Positions 1 to 11,273 of a stretch of 62,015 bases of DNA are shown here, piece after piece. The stretch covers positions 1-62,015 of the forward strand of contig JAHFIV010000002.1 in assembly GCA_023246225.1 (NCBI GenBank). Reading direction: 5' to 3'. Positions within the stretch are counted from its first letter, which is position 1. The number at the start of each line of letters is the position of its first letter. Below the pieces are notes generated by a model. It was given only the letters and a program-made list of their open reading frames with translations, searched no databases and had not been told where the DNA came from. The DNA comes from a bacterium. Lineage in GTDB: Bacteria; Patescibacteriota; Patescibacteriia; SG8-24. Position numbers and translations under genes: made by a program.

Positions 1-1323
1 CTGGATCTCCTCGGGGGTCGCGCCGTGGTCCTTCCGGAGGTTGAGCATCACGATGGTCAGCGCGATGTCGGCCGCGTTGCCTTCGTCGCCGCCGGTCGCC
101 GTGGTGTCACCCGCGGCTTCCGTCGTCGCGTCCGCCTCGGTCTCGGTGGGCTCGACGTTCGAGTCCACCGCATCCTCGACGACCTCGCTCTCCGTCGAGC
201 TGCTGTGCTTCGCCGCCGCGATCGCGAGCGCCTTCGTCTTCGCCTCGCAGAGCGCTGCGAAGTAGAACGCGCCGTTCTTCGCGAAGAGGAGTGGCAACTT
301 CCCGCTCTTCTTCGCCGGGTCGACGCGGCTGGACTTCTTGTCGAACGCCGCCGTGATCGCCTCCGCGGTGGAGTCGCCGTTCAGGACGACGCGCTCGCCC
401 TGGAGGGTGAGCATCTGGTAGATGTCGATCTTCCTCTCGGCGGGATCCGTGAGATCACGCTCCGAGGTGGGCACCGTGACGCCCGCCTTCGCGGCGACCG
501 ACCTGACGACCACCTCCGTCTGTCCGATGGGGATCTTCTTCCCCGTCGGCTTTCGGAGGGATGCGATGATCGCCTGCTCGTCCGCGGGGATCGGGTAGGC
601 GAGGAGGAAGTTCCTCCTGTCCAGTCGCTCCAACATGCACCGCGTCGGGCGGTCCACCTTGGGCGCCTCCACCCCACGTGCGAGGAACACCACCCAGCCG
701 TTGTGGCGGGCCATGAGCTTCGGCGAGGAACCGTCCTTGCCGGGCGTCATGGTGAAGGTGAGCGTCGCCATCGGGGTGAACGCCGGGGGTTCGTGGTACT
801 CCGCCTCCGTGAGCAGCTCCGGCGCCGCGGGGTACAGCTCGTAGTACGAGCCGTTCTTGTCGCGGAGGAGGTACGCCTCGAGGACGTACATCACGCCGTC
901 GACCGGGTGGAACCAGTCGTCGCCGACGTAGCCCCGGATGGAGCCTTTCGCGGTGACGATCGGCGCGAAGGTCGTCTTCGCACCACCCTTCTCCTCGACG
1001 GTGGCGAAGCGGAGGTTCATCGTGGTCGGCGCGCCGTTGGGGCGGCCGTCGTTCGTGTTCCTCGGGTTGTTCGTCTTCGCCGCCTTCCTCGCCTCGCGAC
1101 GCTTCGCGAAGCAGGGGACGCACCAGCGGTCGAGCGCCGGCTTGTCGGGGTCGATCTTCGGGACCTGCGGGAGCTCCGTGATGGGATCCTTGCACGTCGC
1201 GCAGATCAGGCCGAGGGCGCTGACGTTCACGAGCGTGGTCGCTGCGCACGGCACGGGGTTCGGGTTCGGCGTCTCCGCCTTGCCCTCGTCCGCGGTCGTG
1301 TTCGTGTCGGTGTCGTTGGACAT
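1..1323 (-). CDS. hypothetical protein, strongly G+C-rich, CxxC-x23-CxxC motif near N-terminus; C-terminus runs off the window start
   Basis: Frame missing from the ORF track because it has no stop in the window. ATG at 1323-1321 follows AAGGAGAGG. I read it codon by codon without stops: MSNDTDTNTTADEGKAETPNPNPVPCAATTLVNVSALGLICATCKDP...RWCVPCFAKRREARK. Third positions are almost all G/C. The other long ORFs here translate as Arg/Gly-rich noise. Confidence 0.6.
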   Translation of the reverse strand, partial: MSNDTDTNTTADEGKAETPNPNPVPCAATTLVNVSALGLICATCKDPITELPQVPKIDPDKPALDRWCVPCFAKRREARKAAKTNNPRNTNDGRPNGAPTTMNLRFATVEEKGGAKTTFAPIVTAKGSIRGYVGDDWFHPVDGVMYVLEAYLLRDKNGSYYELYPAAPELLTEAEYHEPPAFTPMATLTFTMTPGKDGSSPKLMARHNGWVVFLARGVEAPKVDRPTRCMLERLDRRNFLLAYPIPADEQAIIASLRKPTGKKIPIGQTEVVVRSVAAKAGVTVPTSERDLTDPAERKIDIYQMLTLQGERVVLNGDSTAEAITAAFDKKSSRVDPAKKSGKLPLLFAKNGAFYFAALCEAKTKALAIAAAKHSSSTESEVVEDAVDSNVEPTETEADATTEAAGDTTATGGDEGNAADIALTIVMLNLRKDHGATPEEIQ

Positions 1324-1431
1324 GATGTCCTCTCCTTCGTTTAGGGCAGAAAAGCCCTGCAGTTGCGGCCCATATGGGCAGTTGACTCACTCGGGACCAT
1401 CCCAAAGCGAGTCGCTCGTTGTCGTGCAGAA

Positions 1432-1460
1432 TGTATACCATAATTACCTTTATTTGTCAA
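1432..1460 (-). promoter_or_regulatory. sigma70-like promoter for the G+C-rich gene
   Basis: Minus strand reads TTGACA-N17-TATACA, about 100 nt upstream of the ATG at 1323. Confidence 0.4.
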
Positions 1461-1481
1461 GTGTTTCTGACATCAATTTTA

Positions 1482-1510
1482 TTGACCCTTCTCCTCAAAA
1501 ATGGTACTTT
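1482..1510 (+). promoter_or_regulatory. sigma70-like promoter for the 1544 CDS
   Basis: TTGACC-N17-TACTTT; divergent from the 1432-1460 promoter. Confidence 0.35.
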
Positions 1511-1543
1511 GCGGACGTTATATGCGATGTATATCTGTTATCT

Positions 1544-3259
1544 ATGTCAAAGGAATCATCTGAATCCCGACGCGAATTTCATCTATCAGATCAGACCGGC
1601 CCCCTCCGAGAACTTATCGCAACACTCGCAGAGGACTATCTCGCCATAGATCAGACTCTTAATCCCGGAGAAATTCTGCAGGATCCGAACTACCTCGATC
1701 TCTCACCTGAAGACCGCAAAACGGTACTCGAGTGGGCGGTAGAAAAAGGCTATTTCAAGAGCGACGTTCTCTCTGGAACAGTCGCTCCGAAAATTGCAGA
1801 GACAGAGACGGCCGAAACACCGACAACGCTCGACGACCTCAAGGCAGTGATCACCTCGAACGTGGAGATGGCTCGGGAGATCGCACTAGAACCAGATCTC
1901 TCTGCGATCTGGACCGATCCCGAATATCTCGCGCTCGATGACGCATCGCGAGCGATGCTGCACGCATGGATGACAGAAAATGACTACGGTGCGCCACCCG
2001 ATGCGCCGGTCTTGGAAGAATCCGCATCACCAGAATCATCACCACCACCGGAATCCGAACGAAAAACTCCTGCACGAAAATTCGTGTGTTATGGTTTTAA
2101 AAAAGATGCGGGAGGACATTGGCATGTCTCTGAAACCTACGAAAAAAGAATCGGGCAAACAAATGACACAGAACATGTCGAGATAAAAACCGCGATCGAC
2201 ATTCCAGACGATCTCGCGAAAGAACTGGAACGAGGCGATTCTTCGGTACTCGGAGATGCATACTTAAATACCTGCGAAACGATTCGCAACGAACTCGATG
2301 CATCAGGAGATGAGGGGCTGAAATTATTTTTTGACGGTTGGGATGCGAAGAGAAAAGGGAAGGTTGATCCGAAGAGTATCAAACCTCGATGGAAATATTT
2401 TCTTCCTGACGTAGACGAGCGACAATCGGATGATGGAGAAGTACCAGAGCACATTTTGCAACTGGTGATCGATCATCCCAAAGACTATTTTACACAAAAG
2501 GAATACAAAGAATGGTACGGAAAATCGTTACAAGAAAAACGCGAGGCGATTATTAACAAGGTGGTCTTGAAGACACCCGATGAGAAACCTGATGCGGCAG
2601 ATGATGCGCCGGTAAGTGCGCCAGAAATACCTGTCGCAGCTTCTGAAAAACCGCCTGTCGTCGAGGAGCAACGAACCACCGAACCGACTGCGGAAGAATT
2701 AGAAAAAAAATTCGGAAAAACGTATCTTGCACTGCGTGCTCGTGCAGAACAAACCGAAGATCTTGCTGCATTTCAAAAAACGCTGAGTATGCAGATCGAC
2801 AATGAAGCGTTTAAAGAACAGCTCGTAAAAAAATTCGGCAAAGACGCGCCACGCGACGCAGCACGGCTGCTCTTGGAGATTGAACGAGGGATGATCGGGG
2901 AGCGATCAGAAACGCTGCTGGACGGTATCGAGCGCACACAAAATGAACGCGACTTTTTTGATGCCCACCCGTCGCTCGATAGACGAAACTTCACCTTGCT
3001 TAACGACGGTACGCTGATCGCACGTCTCGATCCAGTGCATCCTGATGCAACGATACATCGTTCGCTCACTGCACTCGTGAACGATGCGCTCGGGGGATTC
3101 CACACAGACGCACAGGAACAAAATTTACGACAAAAAATCGCCGTAGCGCTTGAAAAAGAATTCGCAGGAAACCAACAGATGCTGATTCGTAATCTCGAAG
3201 CGCTCCTGGAAAAGATCCGCGTGATGCGCAAATACGAAAACATGATGAAATTACCGTGA
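1544..3259 (+). CDS. large acidic hypothetical protein with internal repeats
   Basis: The 938..3259 ORF is trimmed to the first ATG after the A+T-rich intergenic region (MSKESSESRREF...). The upstream 200 codons overlap the G+C-rich minus gene and look spurious. No recognisable domain. Confidence 0.55.
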   Translation: MSKESSESRREFHLSDQTGPLRELIATLAEDYLAIDQTLNPGEILQDPNYLDLSPEDRKTVLEWAVEKGYFKSDVLSGTVAPKIAETETAETPTTLDDLKAVITSNVEMAREIALEPDLSAIWTDPEYLALDDASRAMLHAWMTENDYGAPPDAPVLEESASPESSPPPESERKTPARKFVCYGFKKDAGGHWHVSETYEKRIGQTNDTEHVEIKTAIDIPDDLAKELERGDSSVLGDAYLNTCETIRNELDASGDEGLKLFFDGWDAKRKGKVDPKSIKPRWKYFLPDVDERQSDDGEVPEHILQLVIDHPKDYFTQKEYKEWYGKSLQEKREAIINKVVLKTPDEKPDAADDAPVSAPEIPVAASEKPPVVEEQRTTEPTAEELEKKFGKTYLALRARAEQTEDLAAFQKTLSMQIDNEAFKEQLVKKFGKDAPRDAARLLLEIERGMIGERSETLLDGIERTQNERDFFDAHPSLDRRNFTLLNDGTLIARLDPVHPDATIHRSLTALVNDALGGFHTDAQEQNLRQKIAVALEKEFAGNQQMLIRNLEALLEKIRVMRKYENMMKLP

Positions 3260-3270
3260 TATGATCGATG

Positions 3271-3310
3271 TTCCAAAAAAGGACCGATACTCCAAGGTCC
3301 TTTTTTGGAA
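3271..3310. terminator. symmetric intrinsic terminator
   Basis: TTCCAAAAAAGGACC-loop-GGTCCTTTTTTGGAA, with an A-run and T-run on either side. Confidence 0.7.
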
Positions 3311-3315
3311 CATGC

Positions 3316-3344
3316 TTGACCTTATCGCTGTATAAACGTAAAAT
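3316..3344 (+). promoter_or_regulatory. atp operon promoter
   Basis: TTGACC-N17-TAAAAT, 24 nt upstream of the 3368 start. Confidence 0.5.
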
Positions 3345-3367
3345 CGGACAGTTCCTACTTTATATAT

Positions 3368-3649
3368 ATGGACGTACCGACGCCACCCGATCGCAAGGTC
3401 TCTGCAACCGACCGTGCCTACATCATGCTCGCCCTGCGCATTGCAGGAAGCTTCGGTATCGCGATTGCCGCACCGGTGGTAGTGCTCGCACTTGCGGGAA
3501 AATGGCTCGATGCGCGTTACAGTACCGCTCCACGTTTCCTGATCGCAGGATTCGTGCTCGCTGCAGCGTTCTCTGCAGCACTCGTGTGGCAACGCGCACA
3601 AGAATTCGGGAGAGAATTTGAAGATATAGAAAAGCGTCCAAAAAATTGA
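3368..3649 (+). CDS. small membrane protein, AtpZ/AtpI-like, leading the atp operon
   Basis: 93 aa with two hydrophobic helices, directly upstream of atpB. Confidence 0.6.
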   Translation: MDVPTPPDRKVSATDRAYIMLALRIAGSFGIAIAAPVVVLALAGKWLDARYSTAPRFLIAGFVLAAAFSAALVWQRAQEFGREFEDIEKRPKN

Positions 3650-3655
3650 GGTTTC

Positions 3656-4528
3656 TTGAAAGGTATGTCTGTTCCTGTTGCAGCAGAAAAATTAACCACG
3701 ATCGGTACCCTTCCGGTGACCAACGCACTCGTCACTGCGTGGATCGTTGTTGCTTTGTTTCTTGTGTTTGCCTTTTTGTTGTCACGCAACCGACGCGAAG
3801 TGCCGCGTGGAATACAAAACGCATTCGAAGCGTTCACTGAATACGCACTCAACTTCATGGACCAAGTGACGCATGATCGCGCGCGTTCACGAAAATTTCT
3901 TCCTATCGTTGGTACGCTATTTCCGCTGATCCTGGTGTCGAACTGGATGGGACTTCTTCCTGGTGTGAGCACGATCGGCATTTGGGGACTAGTGCACGGA
4001 GAAAAAGAATTGATCCCACTGATCCGTCCGGCGATGAGCGATCTCAATATGACGCTCGCGCTCGGCATCTCTTCGGTGGTGATCTCGCATATCTTCGGCA
4101 TTATGACGCTCGGTGTCTTGAAACACTGGGGAAAATTTATACAGATCGAAGGGATCGCCCGCGCACTTTTTGCGATCATCAAAAAACCGTCCGGCGCGGC
4201 GGCGATGGGACTCTTCACCGCACTGATCGAGCTCGGAGTGGGATTCATCGAATTGATCTCCGAAGCAGCAAAGATGATTTCTCTTTCACTTCGTCTTTTC
4301 GGGAACATCTTCGCGGGCGAAGTATTATTGCACGTGCTCTCATCGCTCATGGCGTGGCTGATGCCTACGCCGTTCATGTTTATGGAGTTGATCGTTGGCA
4401 TTGTACAGGCGCTCGTGTTTTCGATGTTGACGCTTGTGTATCTCACACTCGCAACCGAAAAACCGCACGGGAGCGAGCATGCAGAGCAGGCGATCGGACA
4501 CAGCGACGCTGTCCACGCGACAGGGTAA
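3656..4528 (+). CDS. atpB: F0F1 ATP synthase subunit a
   Basis: Multi-TM; LSLRLFGNIFAGE motif. The start may be the ATG at 3665 rather than the TTG at 3656. Confidence 0.9.
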   Translation: MKGMSVPVAAEKLTTIGTLPVTNALVTAWIVVALFLVFAFLLSRNRREVPRGIQNAFEAFTEYALNFMDQVTHDRARSRKFLPIVGTLFPLILVSNWMGLLPGVSTIGIWGLVHGEKELIPLIRPAMSDLNMTLALGISSVVISHIFGIMTLGVLKHWGKFIQIEGIARALFAIIKKPSGAAAMGLFTALIELGVGFIELISEAAKMISLSLRLFGNIFAGEVLLHVLSSLMAWLMPTPFMFMELIVGIVQALVFSMLTLVYLTLATEKPHGSEHAEQAIGHSDAVHATG

Positions 4529-4639
4529 GGAAGATGATTCGGCGGCCGTCCTCCGGAGGGACGTCGAATCTCATTCCTCACTGCACGCGACTGTCAGTAG
4601 TGGTGGTCCTCCACCGACTGACACGCGGCACACATTATT

Positions 4640-4882
4640 ATGGCGGATCCGACCGGCCTTATGGCCAACCCAGAGGCGGTGAAAGTATTCACCAAAGGTC
4701 TCACCATGGCGATCGGCGGTATGACCCCGGCGATTGCGATCGGTATGATCGTCTCAAAAGCGATGGAAGCGATCGGCAGGAATCCTGAATCGTCGGGAAA
4801 ACTGTTCGTTCCGATGCTTCTCGGTGCAGCGTTCGCAGAAGCGATCGCAATTTACTCGCTCGTCGTCGTATTTACTCTGTAA
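4640..4882 (+). CDS. atpE: F0F1 ATP synthase subunit c
   Basis: 80 aa hairpin proteolipid, AIGRNPE...AFAEAIAIY. Confidence 0.9.
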   Translation: MADPTGLMANPEAVKVFTKGLTMAIGGMTPAIAIGMIVSKAMEAIGRNPESSGKLFVPMLLGAAFAEAIAIYSLVVVFTL

Positions 4883-4886
4883 GTAC

Positions 4887-4955
4887 AGAGGTAAAGGTCT
4901 AAAGGTTTAAAGATACTGTTTATCTTTAAACCTTTTAACCTCTACACCTTTTAAA
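4887..4955 (+). repeat. heptamer-stutter hairpin spacer (AAAGGT/AGAGGT arm pairing with an AACCTTT/ACCTCT arm)
   Basis: AGAGGTAAAGGTCTAAAGGTTTAAAGATA-ctgt-TATCTTTAAACCTTTTAACCTCT fills the atpE-atpF spacer. Same motif set as 45189-45253 and 56051-56153. Confidence 0.6.
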
Positions 4956-4961
4956 CTTCGT

Positions 4962-5489
4962 ATGATTGAAGAAACAAAACAAGCCGCCGGCATTGCGGGT
5001 GCACTCGGATCGCTCGGTGTCGATGGAAAACTTTTCCTCGCGCAACTCCTAAACTTTGGTGTGGTGCTCTTTGTGATGTGGAAGTGGGTGTACACGCCAC
5101 TTCTCAAAGTGATGGACGAACGTTCGAAAAAAATCGAGCAAGGATTAAAAGATGCAACCGATGCCGCAGCGCTTCGTCGCAGTGCAGACGAAGAACGTGA
5201 CAGGATCGTTCTCGCTGCGCGTGCAGACGCGAAACAGATCGTTGAAGAAGCGGCAGTAAACGCTGAAACAGAGCGCGTTGCAGCAACCGCTCGCACAAAA
5301 ACTGAAGTAGAACGGATCGTCACGCAAGGAAAAGAACGACTGGCAGCAGAAAAACAAACGCTCATGGCATCGGTGCGTGCAGAAGCAGCGGATCTCGTGA
5401 CTGCGGTCGCAGAAAAAGTGCTGCGTGAAAAACTTGACGCCGCAGCCGACAAAAAATTGATCAAAGATGCGCTGAAAGATATCGCGTAG
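4962..5489 (+). CDS. atpF: F0F1 ATP synthase subunit b
   Basis: N-terminal TM helix then a long charged helix; operon position. Confidence 0.85.
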   Translation: MIEETKQAAGIAGALGSLGVDGKLFLAQLLNFGVVLFVMWKWVYTPLLKVMDERSKKIEQGLKDATDAAALRRSADEERDRIVLAARADAKQIVEEAAVNAETERVAATARTKTEVERIVTQGKERLAAEKQTLMASVRAEAADLVTAVAEKVLREKLDAAADKKLIKDALKDIA

Positions 5490-5494
5490 GTTGT

Positions 5495-5896
5495 ATGGCT
5501 GTCACACCAAAAAATTACGCGCGCGCATATTACCTCGCCACGCGAGAGAAACCAAAAGCAGAAATTATTGCGGCTGCTGAGCGGCTACAAAAAATGCTCC
5601 GCAACCACGGTGCGATCCGTTTGCTCCCCCAAATACTCGCCGAACTTCCGGACGCGATAGCAGATGCCGATGCAGACCGACGAGTCACGTTCGAAAGCGC
5701 GACACCGCTCAGCACCGCAACGATTGCTGCACTACTAGAAGCGATCGGTGCAGATCCAAAAGAAACAGAAACAGTACAGAAGATTTCTCCCGAACTGATC
5801 GGTGGAGTGAAGATAAAACGCATGGACAGTGTGATCGACGCAACGGTGCGAGGACAGATCAACAAACTCAAAGAAGCGCTCCGGCGCGGCAAATAA
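5495..5896 (+). CDS. atpH: F0F1 ATP synthase subunit delta (short form)
   Basis: Operon position; C-terminal ELIGGVKIK...VIDATVRGQINKLKEAL resembles OSCP; only 133 aa. Confidence 0.7.
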   Translation: MAVTPKNYARAYYLATREKPKAEIIAAAERLQKMLRNHGAIRLLPQILAELPDAIADADADRRVTFESATPLSTATIAALLEAIGADPKETETVQKISPELIGGVKIKRMDSVIDATVRGQINKLKEALRRGK

Positions 5897-5923
5897 ACAA
5901 GAGACCTTCTTCAAAAGAATCTT

Positions 5924-7429
5924 ATGGCTTCAAAAGAACTGATCATCGAATCACTGAAAAAACAGATCGAGGGACTCGATCTCGGTGCGCGTCTCGAAAA
6001 AACCGGCACTGTCATCGAACTCGCAGACGGTGTTGCGCGCATGGATGGACTGACCGATTGTCTTTCTGCAGAGATGCTCGAATTTCCTGGGGGTACTTTT
6101 GGTGTGGCGCTCAACCTCGAAGAACGTTCCGTTGGTGCGATGATTCTCGGTGACTACGGCCACATTAAAGAAGGGGACACTGTGAAATCGACCGGCCGCG
6201 TGTTGTCGATTCCGGTTTCAGAAAAAATGATCGGCCGCGTGGTCGATCCGCTCGGTCGCGCGATCGATGGTAAAGGTGACCTCACCGGTGGCACCGACAT
6301 GCCGGTCGAAAAAGTTGCGCCAGGCGTTATCGCTCGTGAGTCGGTCGACACACCGCTCCAGACCGGCATCAAAGCGATCGACGCAATGATTCCTATCGGT
6401 CGCGGTCAACGCGAACTGATCATCGGCGATCGTCAAACTGGAAAAACCGCAATCGCAATCGACGCGATCATCAACCAAAAAGGTCAAGATGTCGTGTGTA
6501 TTTACGTTGCGATCGGTCAAAAAGAATCAAAAGTCGCGCAGATCGTTTCGAGACTCGAAGCCGCGGGCGCGATGGATCACACGATCATCGTCGTTGCAGG
6601 CGCGTCTGATCCCGCATCGCTTTCGTACATCGCGCCATACGCAGGCACGGCGATCGCCGAATATTTCATGGCAAAAGGAAAAGACGCGCTCGTGGTGTAC
6701 GACGACTTGTCGAAGCACGCGTGGGCGTACCGCGAAATTTCGCTCATCCTTCGTCGACCACCGGGCCGCGAAGCGTACCCTGGCGACGTGTTCTATCTCC
6801 ACTCCCGCTTGCTCGAACGCGCAGCAAAAATGCACAGCAACTTCGGTGGCGGATCGATCACTGCGCTTCCTATTATTGAAACACAGTCTGGTGACGTGTC
6901 CGCGTACATTCCGACGAACGTGATTTCGATCACTGACGGACAGATCTATCTTGAAACCGATCTCTTTTATAAAGGTATCCGCCCTGCGCTAAACGTCGGT
7001 TTGTCGGTGTCGCGCGTCGGTTCGAAAGCGCAGACCAAAGCGATGAAAAAAGTCGCGGGAAAATTGCGTCTCGATCTTGCGCAGTATCGCGAGCTCGAAG
7101 CGTTCGCGCAATTCGCAACCGATCTTGACGAAGGGACACGAAAACAACTTGAGCGTGGCAAACGTGCAGTGGAACTGCTCAAACAGTTGCAGTACGCGCC
7201 TCTTTCCGTCGCGGCGCAAACATCGGTGCTTTTCGCGCTCACTCGCGGCCATCTCGACGATGTGCCGGTGGAAAAAATGGGCGAGTGGGAACTTGCGTTC
7301 CAAAAATATCTCACGACCGCACGTAAAGATGTGTATGACGCCATCGAGAAAAGCGGCAACATCGATGAAGCGACGGAGGCGAAGCTTGTCGATGCGATCA
7401 CTGAATGTAAAAAGACTTTTGCTGCATAA
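5924..7429 (+). CDS. atpA: F0F1 ATP synthase subunit alpha
   Basis: GDRQTGKT Walker A, typical alpha sequence throughout. Confidence 0.97.
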   Translation: MASKELIIESLKKQIEGLDLGARLEKTGTVIELADGVARMDGLTDCLSAEMLEFPGGTFGVALNLEERSVGAMILGDYGHIKEGDTVKSTGRVLSIPVSEKMIGRVVDPLGRAIDGKGDLTGGTDMPVEKVAPGVIARESVDTPLQTGIKAIDAMIPIGRGQRELIIGDRQTGKTAIAIDAIINQKGQDVVCIYVAIGQKESKVAQIVSRLEAAGAMDHTIIVVAGASDPASLSYIAPYAGTAIAEYFMAKGKDALVVYDDLSKHAWAYREISLILRRPPGREAYPGDVFYLHSRLLERAAKMHSNFGGGSITALPIIETQSGDVSAYIPTNVISITDGQIYLETDLFYKGIRPALNVGLSVSRVGSKAQTKAMKKVAGKLRLDLAQYRELEAFAQFATDLDEGTRKQLERGKRAVELLKQLQYAPLSVAAQTSVLFALTRGHLDDVPVEKMGEWELAFQKYLTTARKDVYDAIEKSGNIDEATEAKLVDAITECKKTFAA

Positions 7430-7432
7430 CGT

Positions 7433-9740
<2,308 letters not shown>

Positions 9741-10169
9741 ATGCACACCATTCACTTCGAACTTACTACACCGGAACGTGTCGTACTCCGACGCGAAATT
9801 TCTGGCGTGACGATTCCTACATCCGAAGGAGAGATCACCGTGCTCCCGGATCACATTCCGCTCGTCACAAACCTCCGACCAGGGATGCTCACGGTGTACG
9901 ACGGATCACACGAAGAGTACATCGCGGTCTCTGGTGGATTTATCGAGCTACAACCGGGAAACAAACTGATCGTGCTCGCAGATACCGCAGAACGCGCCGA
10001 AGAATTGGATCTGCAAAAAGTAGAGGAAGCGCGTGCGCGCGCGGAGCAGCTGCTCACCGAAAAACGACACGCGAACGATGTCGCTTCTGCAGGAGCGTTC
10101 GCGACACTTGAACGCGAACTCGCAAGAACAAAAGTCGCGCGCAAACATCGCGAACGACGAAGGGTGTAG
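9741..10169 (+). CDS. atpC: F0F1 ATP synthase subunit epsilon
   Basis: Operon position, beta-sandwich plus helical hairpin pattern. Confidence 0.9.
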   Translation: MHTIHFELTTPERVVLRREISGVTIPTSEGEITVLPDHIPLVTNLRPGMLTVYDGSHEEYIAVSGGFIELQPGNKLIVLADTAERAEELDLQKVEEARARAEQLLTEKRHANDVASAGAFATLERELARTKVARKHRERRRV

Positions 10170-10176
10170 CATCGTT

Positions 10177-10340
10177 GTCATCCTGAACTTGATTCAGGAC
10201 CCAGAAACGTAAAAAAAGCCGAACGGAAATCGTTTGGCCTTTTTAATTTTTCTGGATTCCGGGTCACGGCCCGGAATGACAAAAAAAAGGGGGGTCGGAA
10301 TGACAGAAAGGAGGGGTCGGAATGACAGAAAAAATGACAG
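10177..10340. repeat. REPIN/BIME-like palindromic cassette A (hairpin modules around a terminator core, then GGAATGAC half-site array)
   Basis: GTCATCCTGAA..TTCAGGAC, CCAGAAACG, core AAAAAAAGCCGAACGgaaatCGTTTGGCCTTTTT, TTCTGGATTCCGGGTCACGGCCCGGAATGAC, then GGAATGAC at 10297 and 10319. Confidence 0.85.
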
Positions 10341-10344
10341 AAAA

Positions 10345-10373
10345 TTGACAAAAATAGTATAAAAAGATATTCT
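10345..10373 (+). promoter_or_regulatory. promoter of the 10431 CDS
   Basis: TTGACA-N17-TATTCT. The -35 continues the ATGACA half-site series of cassette A. Confidence 0.45.
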
Positions 10374-10430
10374 CCTGATTCGCTGAGATCGTTACAACCC
10401 AGCGAAGAAACGCCCACACAAGGAGGACGA

Positions 10431-11255
10431 ATGAAAAGTACGACGGAGCTGAGAAAGATCGCGCGAAGCAAACACGCTGCGGTCACAAAAATCGCAGACG
10501 GGTGTTCGATGACCGTCGTCACGGAGTCGGCCGCGACCATCCATCACGACGACATGATCACAAGCGCGCTCACAAGATCGTTCAACTACGACGCGCACTA
10601 CGACCTGCTCGCCGTGCCGAGTCTCAGAGAACTTCTGAAGAGTAACGATCACATCCAGATCCTCGCAAACGATGTGATGACCGCAGTGAGCCTCCATCAC
10701 GTGGAGAGCCTGCTGATCGCGTCGATGTCGACCGGCTGCGCCGCGCAAATCCGACGGCGGATCACGCAGGCGTGCCCAGCGATCAGGAACATGCACATCC
10801 GCGAGACCACACTCGAACGACCACGCAACCTCGAACTCCACGAACCACTGGTGCTCACTTGCATGGACTGGCGGCTACACGGCGCGAACGGTTTCCGGAG
10901 CATGATGCAGGGCGCGTTCGCTGTCGAACGTTTTGCGCTGATGTCTACCGCTGGCGCAGGCAAGGAGCTCGGGCACACCGGCGCGCGCGCAAACATGGTC
11001 CTCTCGCAACTCTCGCGCTTCGCAAACGCTGGATTGGAGCGCGTGATCGTTTTGTCACACACCGACTGCGGCAAGTACGGCGGCAACGCAGCGTTCGCCG
11101 ACGACCACGCGCAGTGCGTCGGTCTCACGAGCGATCTCGGAAATGCGGCAAAACTGCTGAGGGAGAAATTTCCCAAAATCAGATTCGAAACCGGCATCAT
11201 CCGGTGTCATGGTCACGACGTCACTGGTGTCGAGCCAACCACGCATCACCACTGA
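10431..11255 (+). CDS. beta-carbonic-anhydrase-like protein with an unassigned N-terminal region of about 130 aa
   Basis: AGGAGGA SD. LVLTCMDWRLH fits the CxDxR motif and VIVLSHTDCGKYGG fits HxxC, the beta-CA zinc motifs, about 68 aa apart. Confidence 0.5.
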   Translation: MKSTTELRKIARSKHAAVTKIADGCSMTVVTESAATIHHDDMITSALTRSFNYDAHYDLLAVPSLRELLKSNDHIQILANDVMTAVSLHHVESLLIASMSTGCAAQIRRRITQACPAIRNMHIRETTLERPRNLELHEPLVLTCMDWRLHGANGFRSMMQGAFAVERFALMSTAGAGKELGHTGARANMVLSQLSRFANAGLERVIVLSHTDCGKYGGNAAFADDHAQCVGLTSDLGNAAKLLREKFPKIRFETGIIRCHGHDVTGVEPTTHHH

Positions 11256-11273
11256 TCGACCTCTCTTTCTCTT

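Noticed and set aside
25-1441. Long ORFs 25..1344 (+), 455..1441 (-) and 381..677 (-) in the G+C-rich segment
   Set aside because: Their translations are Arg/Gly/Pro-rich noise typical of off-frame high-GC DNA. The frame ending at the ATG at 1323 (minus) has the GC3 bias, an SD and sensible sequence.
938-1543. The N-terminal 200 codons of the 938..3259 ORF
   Set aside because: They overlap the G+C-rich minus gene and cross the A+T-rich promoter region. The real start is most likely the ATG at 1544.
3517-4581. 354-aa minus-strand ORF antisense to atpB
   Set aside because: It is antisense to a clearly conserved gene and has a low-complexity Ser/Ala/Ile-rich translation.
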